This document shows, piece after piece, positions 1 to 8,694 of a DNA stretch of 64,000 nt (the first letter of the stretch is position 1; each line of letters starts with the position of its first letter). Where the stretch lies: NCBI GenBank assembly GCA_964468315.1, contig CAYXTA010000002.1, forward strand, positions 319 to 64,318, given 5' to 3'. The notes under the pieces are model-generated. The model was not told the DNA's origin and searched no databases. It worked only from the letters and a program-made list of their open reading frames with translations. The position numbers were made by a program, and so were the translations under genes. The DNA is from an uncultured Candidatus Saccharibacteria bacterium (GTDB lineage: Bacteria; Patescibacteriota; Minisyncoccia; Phycocordibacterales; UBA9973).

Positions 1-272
1 ATAGCTGTCCAACAACTTTGTTCATTATTATGTTTAGCTACATCTGCTAAAGAATGTGTAGTAGGTCCTGATGTTGTGGTTACCATTGTCGAAGTAGTTG
101 TTGTAGTATTTTTAACAGGAACTGTTGTTACAGAATTATTTTTATTTTGATAAGGAATATCGTTATAAGTATTATTTGTTGTTTTTTTATTTCCAGCATT
201 ATTTATAAATAAAAAACCTCCAGCTACGATAACGAGTAAGATTATAAAACCAATTTTTATTTTGTTTGTCAT
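1..272 (-). CDS. Partial CDS running off the window start (start codon 272..270). N-terminal TM anchor, Thr/Asn-rich linker, then the beginning of a cytochrome b5-like heme-binding domain.
   Basis: Manual reverse-strand translation from the ATG at 272..270 gives MTNKIKIGFIILLVIVAGGFLFINN...HSLADVAKHNNEQSCWTA. The hydrophobic N-terminus looks like a TM helix. The 'LADVAKHN...CW' stretch matches the start of cytochrome b5 domains. There is no in-window stop, so it is absent from the ORF track. Confidence 0.35.
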   Translation of the reverse strand, partial: MTNKIKIGFIILLVIVAGGFLFINNAGNKKTTNNTYNDIPYQNKNNSVTTVPVKNTTTTTSTMVTTTSGPTTHSLADVAKHNNEQSCWTA

Positions 273-342
273 AAATACATTATACCATATCAAAAAAATG
301 CCTTAGTAATTTATTACTAAGGCATTTAAATTTTAAATCAAA

Positions 343-1137
343 TCAATCTCCTCCACCTCCACAACTTGAACTACAGCTTGAACTACTACAAGAGCTATGA
401 CCAGAATCAACAGCTACACTATCGTGAGTAGAAACTTCAGAATTAACACTGTGTTCACTTATGTGTGTCTCATGTGAATGATTTTCAAAAGAACCTCCTG
501 CTCCTGCTCCACCAAACTCACCTCCACCATAACCGGCAAACTCAGGATAACTCTGATGCTGATGGGTGTCAAAAAACAGGTACAATGGCGAAGAATTATC
601 TTCCGTATTACTAGCAAATGAATTCTTTTGCTTCTTTTTTGATTGATATTCTGAAGCAGAAGATGTTTCCATTTTAAACTTCTTTGTACCCCATATTTCA
701 TCTGGAGGGTCCATACTGAATTCTGTTTTGTACAGCTCAATGGTTTCCACGTACTGAGCATTAAAGATCCCAGTTTCTTCAGTTACCGGTATAAGCTCCG
801 GATTATGATCCAAATTGTAGCAAATAACATCTTTACAGAAAGTTCTGTAAGCCTTTGTAAAAAGAAGATGTTCGTGCCAAACTTGGTCAATCACTTTGGA
901 TGGTGTCACATGGAAATCACTCGCAACAGCGAGATAAACGAATTTCTTGTATTCCATCACTGCTTTTAATGCAAAACTTTTCTCCCAGTTCAATTTCCGG
1001 GCAATCTTGCTTGCAAATGCTTTCGTAGAAGCATCTACACCACCGAAGGTTTCCGTTATCTTGTCCCATAAATGTTCAGGCGCAAGATCATTAAAATGAT
1101 AGCCTTTAATGGCCATCCATAACTGTTTTTTGTTCAT
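343..1137 (-). CDS. Hypothetical protein with a GRDP-like (DUF1399-type) N-domain and a low-complexity Gly/Ser/Cys-rich C-terminal tail.
   Basis: 264-aa ORF. 'WHEHLLFT' and 'WEKSFAL' resemble the conserved W/H core of glycine-rich-domain proteins. The tail reads GGGEFGGAGAGG...SSCSSSSCSSSCGGGGD. Confidence 0.55.
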   Translation of the reverse strand: MNKKQLWMAIKGYHFNDLAPEHLWDKITETFGGVDASTKAFASKIARKLNWEKSFALKAVMEYKKFVYLAVASDFHVTPSKVIDQVWHEHLLFTKAYRTFCKDVICYNLDHNPELIPVTEETGIFNAQYVETIELYKTEFSMDPPDEIWGTKKFKMETSSASEYQSKKKQKNSFASNTEDNSSPLYLFFDTHQHQSYPEFAGYGGGEFGGAGAGGSFENHSHETHISEHSVNSEVSTHDSVAVDSGHSSCSSSSCSSSCGGGGD

Positions 1138-1285
1138 TTGGTTGTTTTTTAAGTTGTTTAGAACACTATTGCTCTAATTTCTATGTTAGCATTTATATTT
1201 AAGTTTGTCAAACAAAACATTGACAAATTTATTATATATGATAAATTTATAAAAAAAATAAGTATGAACCTCTAAAACTAAATAA

Positions 1286-1990
1286 ATGAAAATATTCTTA
1301 AAAAAACTAATATTAGGCAAACCTAATATTGATGAAAAACCAACAGAAGGAGCTCTCCGAAAAAGAGTTAAAAATATCAAAGCAATTTGGAACAACGAAC
1401 AACATGATGATATTGGTATCGAGAAAATACTAAGACTCTTACTTGCCCTTTCACAATTTATTTTCTTAGGAACATACATAAAACAAATTTTTGGAAGAAA
1501 AGGGATCGCATATCAAGATTTATCAGTAGATGTTTTCGTTATCTTAAAAGTAATTTTTCCAATAATAATCCTAAGTTATGAATTACAATCTAATCTGATA
1601 TTTTTTTGGATACTTATGTGGTTAATGTTAGAAACATTACTTTATGTACCAACACTTATATTTGCTTCTGATATATTTTCAACACCACGTTCTTACAGGA
1701 GGTCTATGTTACTGCTATTTTTCAATTATTTAGAAATAATTTTTGATTTTGGCGTGATCTATTCTTCTGGAAATTATTTAAACAAATCCCCTGATCATTG
1801 GTTTGATTATATTTATTTTAGTTTTATAACTTCTGCAACTATTGGATATGGCGATTACTTTCCTGTATCAACAACAGGAAAAATGCTTGTTAGTTTCCAA
1901 TCAGTAATCTTTTTAATTTTTGTTGTTTTATTTTTAAATTTCTTTTCAAATAAAGTTGAACACAAAGGATACTTCAATAAAATAAAATAA
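1286..1990 (+). CDS. Small two-TM potassium-channel pore-domain protein.
   Basis: 234 aa with multiple hydrophobic helices and the K+ selectivity-filter signature 'TIGYGD' (SATIGYGDYFP) between two helices. Confidence 0.7.
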   Translation: MKIFLKKLILGKPNIDEKPTEGALRKRVKNIKAIWNNEQHDDIGIEKILRLLLALSQFIFLGTYIKQIFGRKGIAYQDLSVDVFVILKVIFPIIILSYELQSNLIFFWILMWLMLETLLYVPTLIFASDIFSTPRSYRRSMLLLFFNYLEIIFDFGVIYSSGNYLNKSPDHWFDYIYFSFITSATIGYGDYFPVSTTGKMLVSFQSVIFLIFVVLFLNFFSNKVEHKGYFNKIK

Positions 1991-2027
1991 AAAAAGAGCC
2001 ACTATAATAGTGGCTCTTTTAATTTTT
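1991..2027. terminator. Bidirectional rho-independent terminator for the K+ channel gene (+) and tRNA-Ala (-).
   Basis: Perfect 10-bp stem agagccacta/tagtggctct with loop taa. An A-run precedes it and a T-run follows it. Confidence 0.6.
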
Positions 2028-2028
2028 G

Positions 2029-2102
2029 TGGACCCTACAGGACTCGAACCTGCCACCTCCTCATTGCAAATGAGGCGCTCTAACCAGATGAGCTAAGGGC
2101 CC
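2029..2102 (-). tRNA. tRNA-Ala (anticodon TGC).
   Basis: The reverse complement folds as a cloverleaf. The acceptor stem is gggccct/agggtcc with a G3:U70 pair (the Ala identity element). The anticodon stem is cctca/tgagg with loop tttgcaa, giving anticodon TGC. The T-loop is ttcgagt. CCA is not encoded. Confidence 0.85.
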
Positions 2103-2170
2103 AAAATTTCTCTAACACAACAATATTACTACATTTTTTGTATATTGCAAACTAATTCTACCTTATATAT

Positions 2171-3088
2171 TTACTCCAAAGCAAGAGCTATAATATGCTC
2201 TATGAATTGAATTGTATCTACCCCTATATCTGATAAATGCTTCTCCAGAAGAGCATTTTGAGTTAATACAGGCAATGTGCTTATGTGTAATGCATAAATA
2301 CCTTTTTTAGGAGAAACTACAAATTCGCTTTGTGAAAAATGACCCAATCCTAGAGTAGAATGCATGTGAGTAGCGAGACTTTCTAATTCCTTTTTTTCTT
2401 CTGCAGAGAAATTACCTGGAAGTGTCGCATACAATTCTTTTCCTCTAAAATTTTTCAAAACAGAAATGTTTGCTTGTTTACCGATAATCATTTCTTCTAC
2501 TATTACACTTATTTTCAAAATCTCTTCCAATTTAAAAACCCTCACGAGCTCTGGTAATGTTTTACAGACATGTATAGCAAGTGAAGAGCCAGAAGTCAGA
2601 GGTTTTATGATCCAAGGAGGAGAAAATTTATTAAATACTTCATGCGCTTTTTTTTGTGCATAATTTTCTATATCACCATCAAAATCTTTTTGATAAGCTG
2701 GAATGATAATATGTCTAGGAGTTTTTATGCCATTTTTTTTTAAATGTTTTTTTAAAATATCTTTATTGAAAACAATTTCAGAAGATAAAGAATTTGAACC
2801 AGTATATGGAATATTGTAACTCTCCAAAATCCTCTGTACTTCGCCATCTTGTCCAAATTCACCATGCAAAGTGTTTATTGCGACATCTATAGATTCTGCT
2901 AATTTTTTAAAATTTACTGGTATTCCATTTAAATGCCAAATACCAGCTTTGTCTACTAAAATATCAAAAGCTTTGTATTTATTATTTAATTTTTCATTAC
3001 GCAAATGTAAAAGAATATTTCCACCACTAGAAAGTGAATTTTCGTATTCATTACTAATACCTCCACGAATTACACCAACTTTTAACAT
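2171..3088 (-). CDS. ddl: D-alanine--D-alanine ligase.
   Basis: 305 aa. The N-terminus 'VIRGGISNEYENSLSSG' matches the Ddl GGxSxEhEVSLxSg motif. An ATP-grasp C-terminal region follows. Confidence 0.8.
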   Translation of the reverse strand: MLKVGVIRGGISNEYENSLSSGGNILLHLRNEKLNNKYKAFDILVDKAGIWHLNGIPVNFKKLAESIDVAINTLHGEFGQDGEVQRILESYNIPYTGSNSLSSEIVFNKDILKKHLKKNGIKTPRHIIIPAYQKDFDGDIENYAQKKAHEVFNKFSPPWIIKPLTSGSSLAIHVCKTLPELVRVFKLEEILKISVIVEEMIIGKQANISVLKNFRGKELYATLPGNFSAEEKKELESLATHMHSTLGLGHFSQSEFVVSPKKGIYALHISTLPVLTQNALLEKHLSDIGVDTIQFIEHIIALALE

Positions 3089-3121
3089 AAATATATTATA
3101 ACACTAAAGAAATAAATATTT

Positions 3122-4315
3122 TTATTTCCACAAATCCCAAATAAATGTAGCGACATTTACTGGTTCACCTTCAAGAGCAAAATAATGTAAATCGATAAAT
3201 GGTAAAGAATTACATTCTATGATTCCCCAATTTTGTGTATCAGGGTCAGCTTTTGGGTCTTCGATAATCAAATCAAAACCAGCCACAGGTACAGAGACTA
3301 TTTCTCCTGCTTTTTTAAAAATTGAATGCATTTTAGGATGTACTTCTGGAATCATTTCTTTTGTATAACCACCATAAAGTCTACCTGTTTTCGCTAAAAG
3401 ATGTACTATTTCATCTTTTGGTACGATACTTTCCAATGTGTAATTCTCTCTCTTTAAGAAATTAATAATTTCTTCAGTAATTAAAATTTCTGAAATACGC
3501 TCTGATCTGTTTTTATTTTTTTCTGCAATTAATTCAGCAATAGTAGAAACACCATTACCTACGATTTGTGGTTGATCAGCACGAAAGAAACCGACTAAAA
3601 CATTGTTCACCACCGTTGCTCTGTATACAGAACCAAAAAGGTGTTCTTGCGCTACCATTGTAGGACTTATTTGTTCTGCCAAATCAAAAGCATACTTCAT
3701 TTCTTCTTTTGTATTTATATTTGTTGTTGTATGTCTTCCACGTGAACCTGATTGTGGTTTTACAATAATTGGCTTCTTTAAAGAATCAAAAGCTTCGTAA
3801 GCTTCTTTAAGATTTGAAATTAGCCTAGTAGCTGGACTTGGCATACCTGCATCTTGTAATTTTTTTGCAAAAATTAATTTATCATCTATCCAATCATAAC
3901 CATCCTGAGGAAGCCAAGGTGGAATAGGTAAACTTTGAAAAATAATATCCTTACCTTTTACATGAGCTTTATAATAATCAATATGTTTTCCAAACAAAAC
4001 AGCTTGTTGCATTTTTATGCCACGACGACGAGCTTCTTCCCATATCAAAGTAGAACGTCCTGTTATTGCTTTTTCCATATCATCACTGTATCTTATTAAA
4101 TGAAAAAAGTTAAATATAGAAAAAGCTATTTTTTCCATATTATCTACCAATTTCTGAGAACCCCTACCTCTAAACAAAAAAGTAAAAATTGGTTTACCAA
4201 TACTTGTGATCATATTGTCTACAACACTAGAAAAATACATCAAATGATGATTTGTCGGTGCTGTACCGCAAGCGCTGCATGTTTTTTTGTCTGTGTTTAC
4301 TGTATGTGTATTCAT
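3122..4315 (-). CDS. ATP-grasp ligase related to the cyanophycin synthetase N-domain, with an N-terminal Cys/His cluster.
   Basis: 397 aa. 'KPQSGSRGRHTT', 'TGRLYGGY', 'VHPKMHS' and 'VAGFDLIIED' line up with the CphA-type ATP-grasp motifs KP..GS.G.GV, NLSTGG, HPe and GLDIAGIDV. The N-terminus carries CSACGT...HH. Confidence 0.55.
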   Translation of the reverse strand: MNTHTVNTDKKTCSACGTAPTNHHLMYFSSVVDNMITSIGKPIFTFLFRGRGSQKLVDNMEKIAFSIFNFFHLIRYSDDMEKAITGRSTLIWEEARRRGIKMQQAVLFGKHIDYYKAHVKGKDIIFQSLPIPPWLPQDGYDWIDDKLIFAKKLQDAGMPSPATRLISNLKEAYEAFDSLKKPIIVKPQSGSRGRHTTTNINTKEEMKYAFDLAEQISPTMVAQEHLFGSVYRATVVNNVLVGFFRADQPQIVGNGVSTIAELIAEKNKNRSERISEILITEEIINFLKRENYTLESIVPKDEIVHLLAKTGRLYGGYTKEMIPEVHPKMHSIFKKAGEIVSVPVAGFDLIIEDPKADPDTQNWGIIECNSLPFIDLHYFALEGEPVNVATFIWDLWK

Positions 4316-4327
4316 AAAAATAAAAAT

Positions 4328-4358
4328 AAAAAGATATCCTTTTTAGGATATCTTTTTA
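4328..4358. terminator. Hairpin terminator downstream of uvrC on the minus strand.
   Basis: Palindrome aaagatatcct-tttt-aggatatcttt flanked by A/T runs. It lies between the uvrC stop (4480) and the ATP-grasp gene. Confidence 0.5.
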
Positions 4359-4479
4359 TTTTACTTAAAATTAGTGTCCTCCTAGTACCATAAAATTAAT
4401 TTATTATTTTAAAATTAATAAATCGACTCATATATATTATAACACTTCCAATTAAAAAGTGTGCAAATCTTACAAAAGC

Positions 4480-5715
4480 TTATAAAATAAAGCTCTTGTT
4501 ACGCTTTTCTTTATGGTATTTAATAGCGAATCTATGAGCTTCGCTATTTGCGAGTAAAATATCTTTCTTTAATTTCGGATCAGCAGAGAGAATCATCTTT
4601 GCTTTATGTTTATCGTCTTTCACTACAGCAGAAACTGGGATTTTCAAATTATATTCTTTAAGAATTTTAAGCGCGACATTTCTCTGTGCTGTACTTCCAT
4701 CGACAACAATCAAATCCGGCATTTGCCATTCTGTGTGTTTAAAACGACGAGTAAGCATTTCAGAAAGTGCACCAGTATCATTTGAGCTAGTATAATTTTT
4801 TATTATAAATTTTCTGTATTCATTTTTCGCCGGCTCACCATCATGAAGTACAACCATTACACCAACCATATTCTTACCACTCATATGCGCAACATCATAC
4901 GCTTCAACCCTAAATACTTCACGAATAGGAACTTTTTCGAGCTGGTCTGGTGACTTCCCCCGAGGACCCGAGAAAAAGTTCCTATTCGTGAAGCTATCTT
5001 CTTTAATCAAAGAAACGTCTTGAATATGTTGTAATGCAAAAATCTGTCTCTTTATCTCCCCTGCTTTTTCGAAAGCATGAGCTTTTGCATACATTTTCAT
5101 TTCTTTCTCAAGATTCTTTAATATTGATTTTTTCTTACCTTCAAAAAGTAATTTTATATTTTTTATATTTTGAAATATTATTTCTTTCTGATCTGGAATT
5201 AGTTTTATTTGACGATAAAATTCATATGAACCTTTAATACGAGATTTTTCATCAAGAAATGGAAATATTTTTCTTATTAAATTAAGTGCTTCTTTCAACT
5301 GTCCGCCATTTGGAAAAGGACCATAGATTTTTGAATAATTTTTTTGTTCTAGATTTCTACCGCGAACGATGATAACTTTCGGCATCTCATCTTTTGTAAT
5401 ACAAACATAATTAAAACTCTTATCATCTTTTTCTTTCGTATTGTAATACGGCTGATGTTTTTTAATTAAATTCGCTTCTAAAATAAGCGCTTCGAGGACG
5501 CTGTCTGCTTCAGTCCATTTGACGGCATCTGCCTTAAAAACCATATCTAAAATGAGTGGTCCACGAGTGTTGATGATATCCTTGCCGAAATAGCTTTTTG
5601 TTCTGTCTTTCAAAGACGTCGCTTTGCCGATATATAAAATATCTTTCCCTTTCAAGAAAAAGTAGACTCCTGGCCGATCTGGAATATTGAATTTTTTGAG
5701 TTCTTGACTTTGCAT
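4480..5715 (-). CDS. uvrC: Excinuclease ABC subunit C, compact form with no C-terminal HhH region evident.
   Basis: 411 aa. The N-terminal GIY-YIG reads 'PGVYFFLKG...YIGKATSLKDRTKSYF'. The C-terminal UvrC endonuclease (RNase H-like) region is present ('VDGSTAQRNVALKIL'). It contains one in-frame GC-rich element (4943..4972). Confidence 0.85.
   Translation of the reverse strand: MQSQELKKFNIPDRPGVYFFLKGKDILYIGKATSLKDRTKSYFGKDIINTRGPLILDMVFKADAVKWTEADSVLEALILEANLIKKHQPYYNTKEKDDKSFNYVCITKDEMPKVIIVRGRNLEQKNYSKIYGPFPNGGQLKEALNLIRKIFPFLDEKSRIKGSYEFYRQIKLIPDQKEIIFQNIKNIKLLFEGKKKSILKNLEKEMKMYAKAHAFEKAGEIKRQIFALQHIQDVSLIKEDSFTNRNFFSGPRGKSPDQLEKVPIREVFRVEAYDVAHMSGKNMVGVMVVLHDGEPAKNEYRKFIIKNYTSSNDTGALSEMLTRRFKHTEWQMPDLIVVDGSTAQRNVALKILKEYNLKIPVSAVVKDDKHKAKMILSADPKLKKDILLANSEAHRFAIKYHKEKRNKSFIL
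4943..4972 (+). repeat. GC-rich repeat element copy 1 (subtype A), in frame inside uvrC.
   Basis: tggtctggtgacttcccccgaggacccgag. It is near-identical to the copies at 12457 and 17154. It encodes ...SGPRGKSPDQ... within UvrC. Confidence 0.6.
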
Positions 5716-5770
5716 AAGTATTATAGTATCATATTTAACAGAATAAACAATTTTTTAAAAAATAAGCAAA

Positions 5771-5950
5771 ATGAAAACATTCAACTGGACAGCTATGTCC
5801 GAACAAATGAAAAATTCTTCTTTAAAGAGCGTAAAAAATGAAGGAGAACTTGAAGCAGAGAACTTTATTGATGCTTCAAAACAAATAATTCAGATTCAGG
5901 AAATCCGTGGTGAAGCAAAGAAAATCACAATTACAATTGAAGAAAAATAG
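5771..5950 (+). CDS. Small hypothetical protein (59 aa) between uvrC and uvrA.
   Basis: ATG at 5771, stop at 5948-5950, reading MKTFNWTAMSEQMKNSS...EIRGEAKKITITIEEK. A hairpin plus T8 terminator follows immediately (5966..5999). It is below the 60-aa cutoff of the ORF track. Confidence 0.3.
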   Translation: MKTFNWTAMSEQMKNSSLKSVKNEGELEAENFIDASKQIIQIQEIRGEAKKITITIEEK

Positions 5951-5965
5951 CCACAGAGAACTAAG

Positions 5966-5999
5966 AGTTAGAAGCAGGGATTAAGGTCCTTGCTTTTTT
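5966..5999 (+). terminator. Rho-independent terminator after the small ORF.
   Basis: aagcaggg-attaa-ggtccttgctt imperfect stem followed by tttttttt. It abuts the uvrA stop on the opposite strand. Confidence 0.45.
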
Positions 6000-8603
6000 T
6001 TATTTCCTCAAAACCTTCTTCAAATACTTTCCTGTATACGATTTCGGAGTATTGGCCACTTCTTCAGGCGTGCCTTTTGCAATGAGTGTACCTCCTTTCA
6101 AACCACCTTCAGGACCAAAGTCTAGTAAGTAATCGGATGATTTTATCAAATCCATATTGTGTTCGATAACGATAACACTGTGCCCTTTTTGTACTAGTTT
6201 CTCCAAGACATTTATTAAATTCACAACATCATCATAATGCAATCCCACAGTCGGCTCATCGAGCAAGTAAACAGTCTTTTCTAAATATGGTCGGAATAAC
6301 TCACTAGAAACTTTAACTCTTTGTGCTTCCCCACCAGAAAGAGTCGTCGCAGATTGACCAAGTTTCACATAACCTAAGCCAACATCGATGAGTGTTTTCA
6401 TACGATCATAGATAGCTGGAATCTCATAGAAGAAAACAACAGCTTCTTCAATGGTCATCTCAAGAACTTCATGAATATTTTTCTTTTTGTATTTTACTTT
6501 TAGAGTTTCTTTATCGAATCTTTTTCCTCCACAAACATCACAAGTGACATACACTGTCGGTAAGAAATGCATTTCGACAGCTATCTCACCATTACCTTCA
6601 CATGCCTCACAGCGACCTCCACCAGAAGTTGATTTAACATTAAAAGAAAAACGATTTGATTTCCATCCTCTGAAACGTGCTTCTTCTGTTTCAGCAAACA
6701 TATCACGAATAAAAGTAAAAGATCCAGTGTACGTGGCAATGTTTGATCTTGGTGTGCGACCTATTGGGGATTGGTCGATAAGCACGACACGTTGCACATA
6801 TTCACTTCCAGTAAAACTTGCGCAATTAAATGTCTGATTACTTCTATATTTTCTCTCAAGTCTTGCTTGAAGATTTTTGTACAAAATTTCATACATAAAA
6901 GAAGATTTACCAGAACCAGAAACTCCTGTGATAGAAACAAGTCTACCGAGTGGAATTTCTGCATTCAAATTTTTTATATTAAAAACTTTTCCGCCAACAA
7001 CTTTTAATTTTCCTTTATCATTGTCTCTTCGTTTATCAGGAATAGCCACTTTCAATTCCCCACGCAAATATCCTATTGTACGAGATTTACTATCATTCTT
7101 TTTTGCAGTTAAAAGATCATCGAGATAATCTGCAACGATAACTTCCCCACCGTGGCGTCCAGCTTTCGGACCAATGTCGACGATATAATCGGAAGAATAG
7201 ATTGTGTCTTCATCATGTTCAACAACAATGATAGTATTTCCTAAATCACGCAAATCAAGAAGTGTTTTTATAAGTCTTTCATTGTCACGCTGATGAAGAC
7301 CTATCGTAGGTTCATCAAGCACATAGAGTGCACCGACGAGTCGTGAGCCAAGCTGTGAAGCAAGTCGTATACGTTGTGCTTCCCCACCAGAGAGCGTATT
7401 TGCACGACGATCGAGTGATAAATATTCAAGGCCGACATTTAAAAGGAATTGCACACGAGCATTTATTTCTTTCATTAATACTCCGGAAATCTCTTGTTCT
7501 TTTTTTGTCATTTTAAGTGTTGTAAAAAATTCTCCCGCATCTTCAGCAGAAAGCGCGATCGCTTCGATAATATTTTTTCTATTTTTTCCTTCGCCAATAA
7601 ATACATTCAATGCTTCAGGTCGAAGACGTAAACCTTTACATGTATCACAAGCATCATCACCGAACATATGTTTTGTTCCGAGACCATGACAACTTTCACA
7701 AGCACCATATGGACTATTCCAAGAGAAAAGCCTTGGCTCTATTTCAGGAAAAGAAAATCCATCTTTCGGACAAGAGAATTTGGCAGAAAGCATTGATTCT
7801 TCTTTGTTTACTACAACACTCACTAAACCATCAGACTCGAGCAATGCTCGCTCTACTGATTCAGAAAGTCGCATTTCAGAATCTTTCGTATCTTTCACAA
7901 AAAATTCATGTGCAGAAAATTCATCGACAAGAACTGCGATGTCGTGTTTTTTTGTCTTTGAAAGATCTATACGCTCACGAAGTTCTTTTATAACTCCATC
8001 GATACGGACTTTTGTATAACCCTTACCAAGAAGATCGTAGAGTAATTGATAATATTCTCCTTTTCTTCCACGCACCATCGGTGCAAAGATTTGTATTTTT
8101 GTATCATCAAACTCTACGCCCATAACTTTCTTTTTCTTTCCTGAAAGACTTTTTATTTTTTCTAATACGAAATAAATTATTTCTTCATTTGAAAGTTTTT
8201 TTATTTCATCTCCACAAGTAAGACAATGTGGTTTACCAATACGCGCATATAAAACACGAAGGTAATCATAAACTTCTGTAATAGTTGCCACAGTTGAACG
8301 AGGATTATTTGAACGGGATTTCTGATCGATAGAAATAGCAGGAGAAAGACCATGGATCTCATCCACATCAGGCTTTGCCATTTGTTTTAAAAATTGTCGT
8401 GCGTATGAAGAAAGTGATTCGACATATCTGCGTTGTCCTTCGGCAAATATAGTATCGAAAGCAAGTGATGATTTACCTGAACCAGAAAGCCCAGTGAAAA
8501 CAATCATCTTCCCTCGAGGCATTTCTACGGTGATGTTCTTCAAGTTATGTGTCCTTGCACCTTTCACTATTATTTTGTCTTGTTTTTCTATATCTTTTTT
8601 CAT
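6000..8603 (-). CDS. uvrA: Excinuclease ABC subunit A.
   Basis: 867 aa with two ABC ATPase modules (GLSGSGKSS / GVSGSGKSS Walker A, two LSGGE signatures) and Zn-finger Cys clusters. Confidence 0.95.
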   Translation of the reverse strand: MKKDIEKQDKIIVKGARTHNLKNITVEMPRGKMIVFTGLSGSGKSSLAFDTIFAEGQRRYVESLSSYARQFLKQMAKPDVDEIHGLSPAISIDQKSRSNNPRSTVATITEVYDYLRVLYARIGKPHCLTCGDEIKKLSNEEIIYFVLEKIKSLSGKKKKVMGVEFDDTKIQIFAPMVRGRKGEYYQLLYDLLGKGYTKVRIDGVIKELRERIDLSKTKKHDIAVLVDEFSAHEFFVKDTKDSEMRLSESVERALLESDGLVSVVVNKEESMLSAKFSCPKDGFSFPEIEPRLFSWNSPYGACESCHGLGTKHMFGDDACDTCKGLRLRPEALNVFIGEGKNRKNIIEAIALSAEDAGEFFTTLKMTKKEQEISGVLMKEINARVQFLLNVGLEYLSLDRRANTLSGGEAQRIRLASQLGSRLVGALYVLDEPTIGLHQRDNERLIKTLLDLRDLGNTIIVVEHDEDTIYSSDYIVDIGPKAGRHGGEVIVADYLDDLLTAKKNDSKSRTIGYLRGELKVAIPDKRRDNDKGKLKVVGGKVFNIKNLNAEIPLGRLVSITGVSGSGKSSFMYEILYKNLQARLERKYRSNQTFNCASFTGSEYVQRVVLIDQSPIGRTPRSNIATYTGSFTFIRDMFAETEEARFRGWKSNRFSFNVKSTSGGGRCEACEGNGEIAVEMHFLPTVYVTCDVCGGKRFDKETLKVKYKKKNIHEVLEMTIEEAVVFFYEIPAIYDRMKTLIDVGLGYVKLGQSATTLSGGEAQRVKVSSELFRPYLEKTVYLLDEPTVGLHYDDVVNLINVLEKLVQKGHSVIVIEHNMDLIKSSDYLLDFGPEGGLKGGTLIAKGTPEEVANTPKSYTGKYLKKVLRK

Positions 8604-8694
8604 AATAAAACTTTAAACACCCATCCGCTCGCGCTTATGGGTATGTGTATTAATTTGTATAAGTATTATAGCACAAAATTGGGAAATAAGAAAA

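Noticed and set aside
6487-8019. Several 60-130 aa ORFs on the + strand inside uvrA (6487..6837, 6771..7007, 6877..7128, 7610..7993, 7780..8019).
   Set aside because: They lie antisense to, and fully inside, a well-supported 867-aa uvrA reading frame. They have low-complexity translations and no independent start or RBS context. They are shadow ORFs.
8611-8650. GC-rich imperfect palindrome (acccat...atgggt) between uvrB and uvrA.
   Set aside because: Short 6-bp arms with a 12-nt loop and no flanking T-run. It may be a weak intra-operon structure but there is not enough evidence for a feature call.
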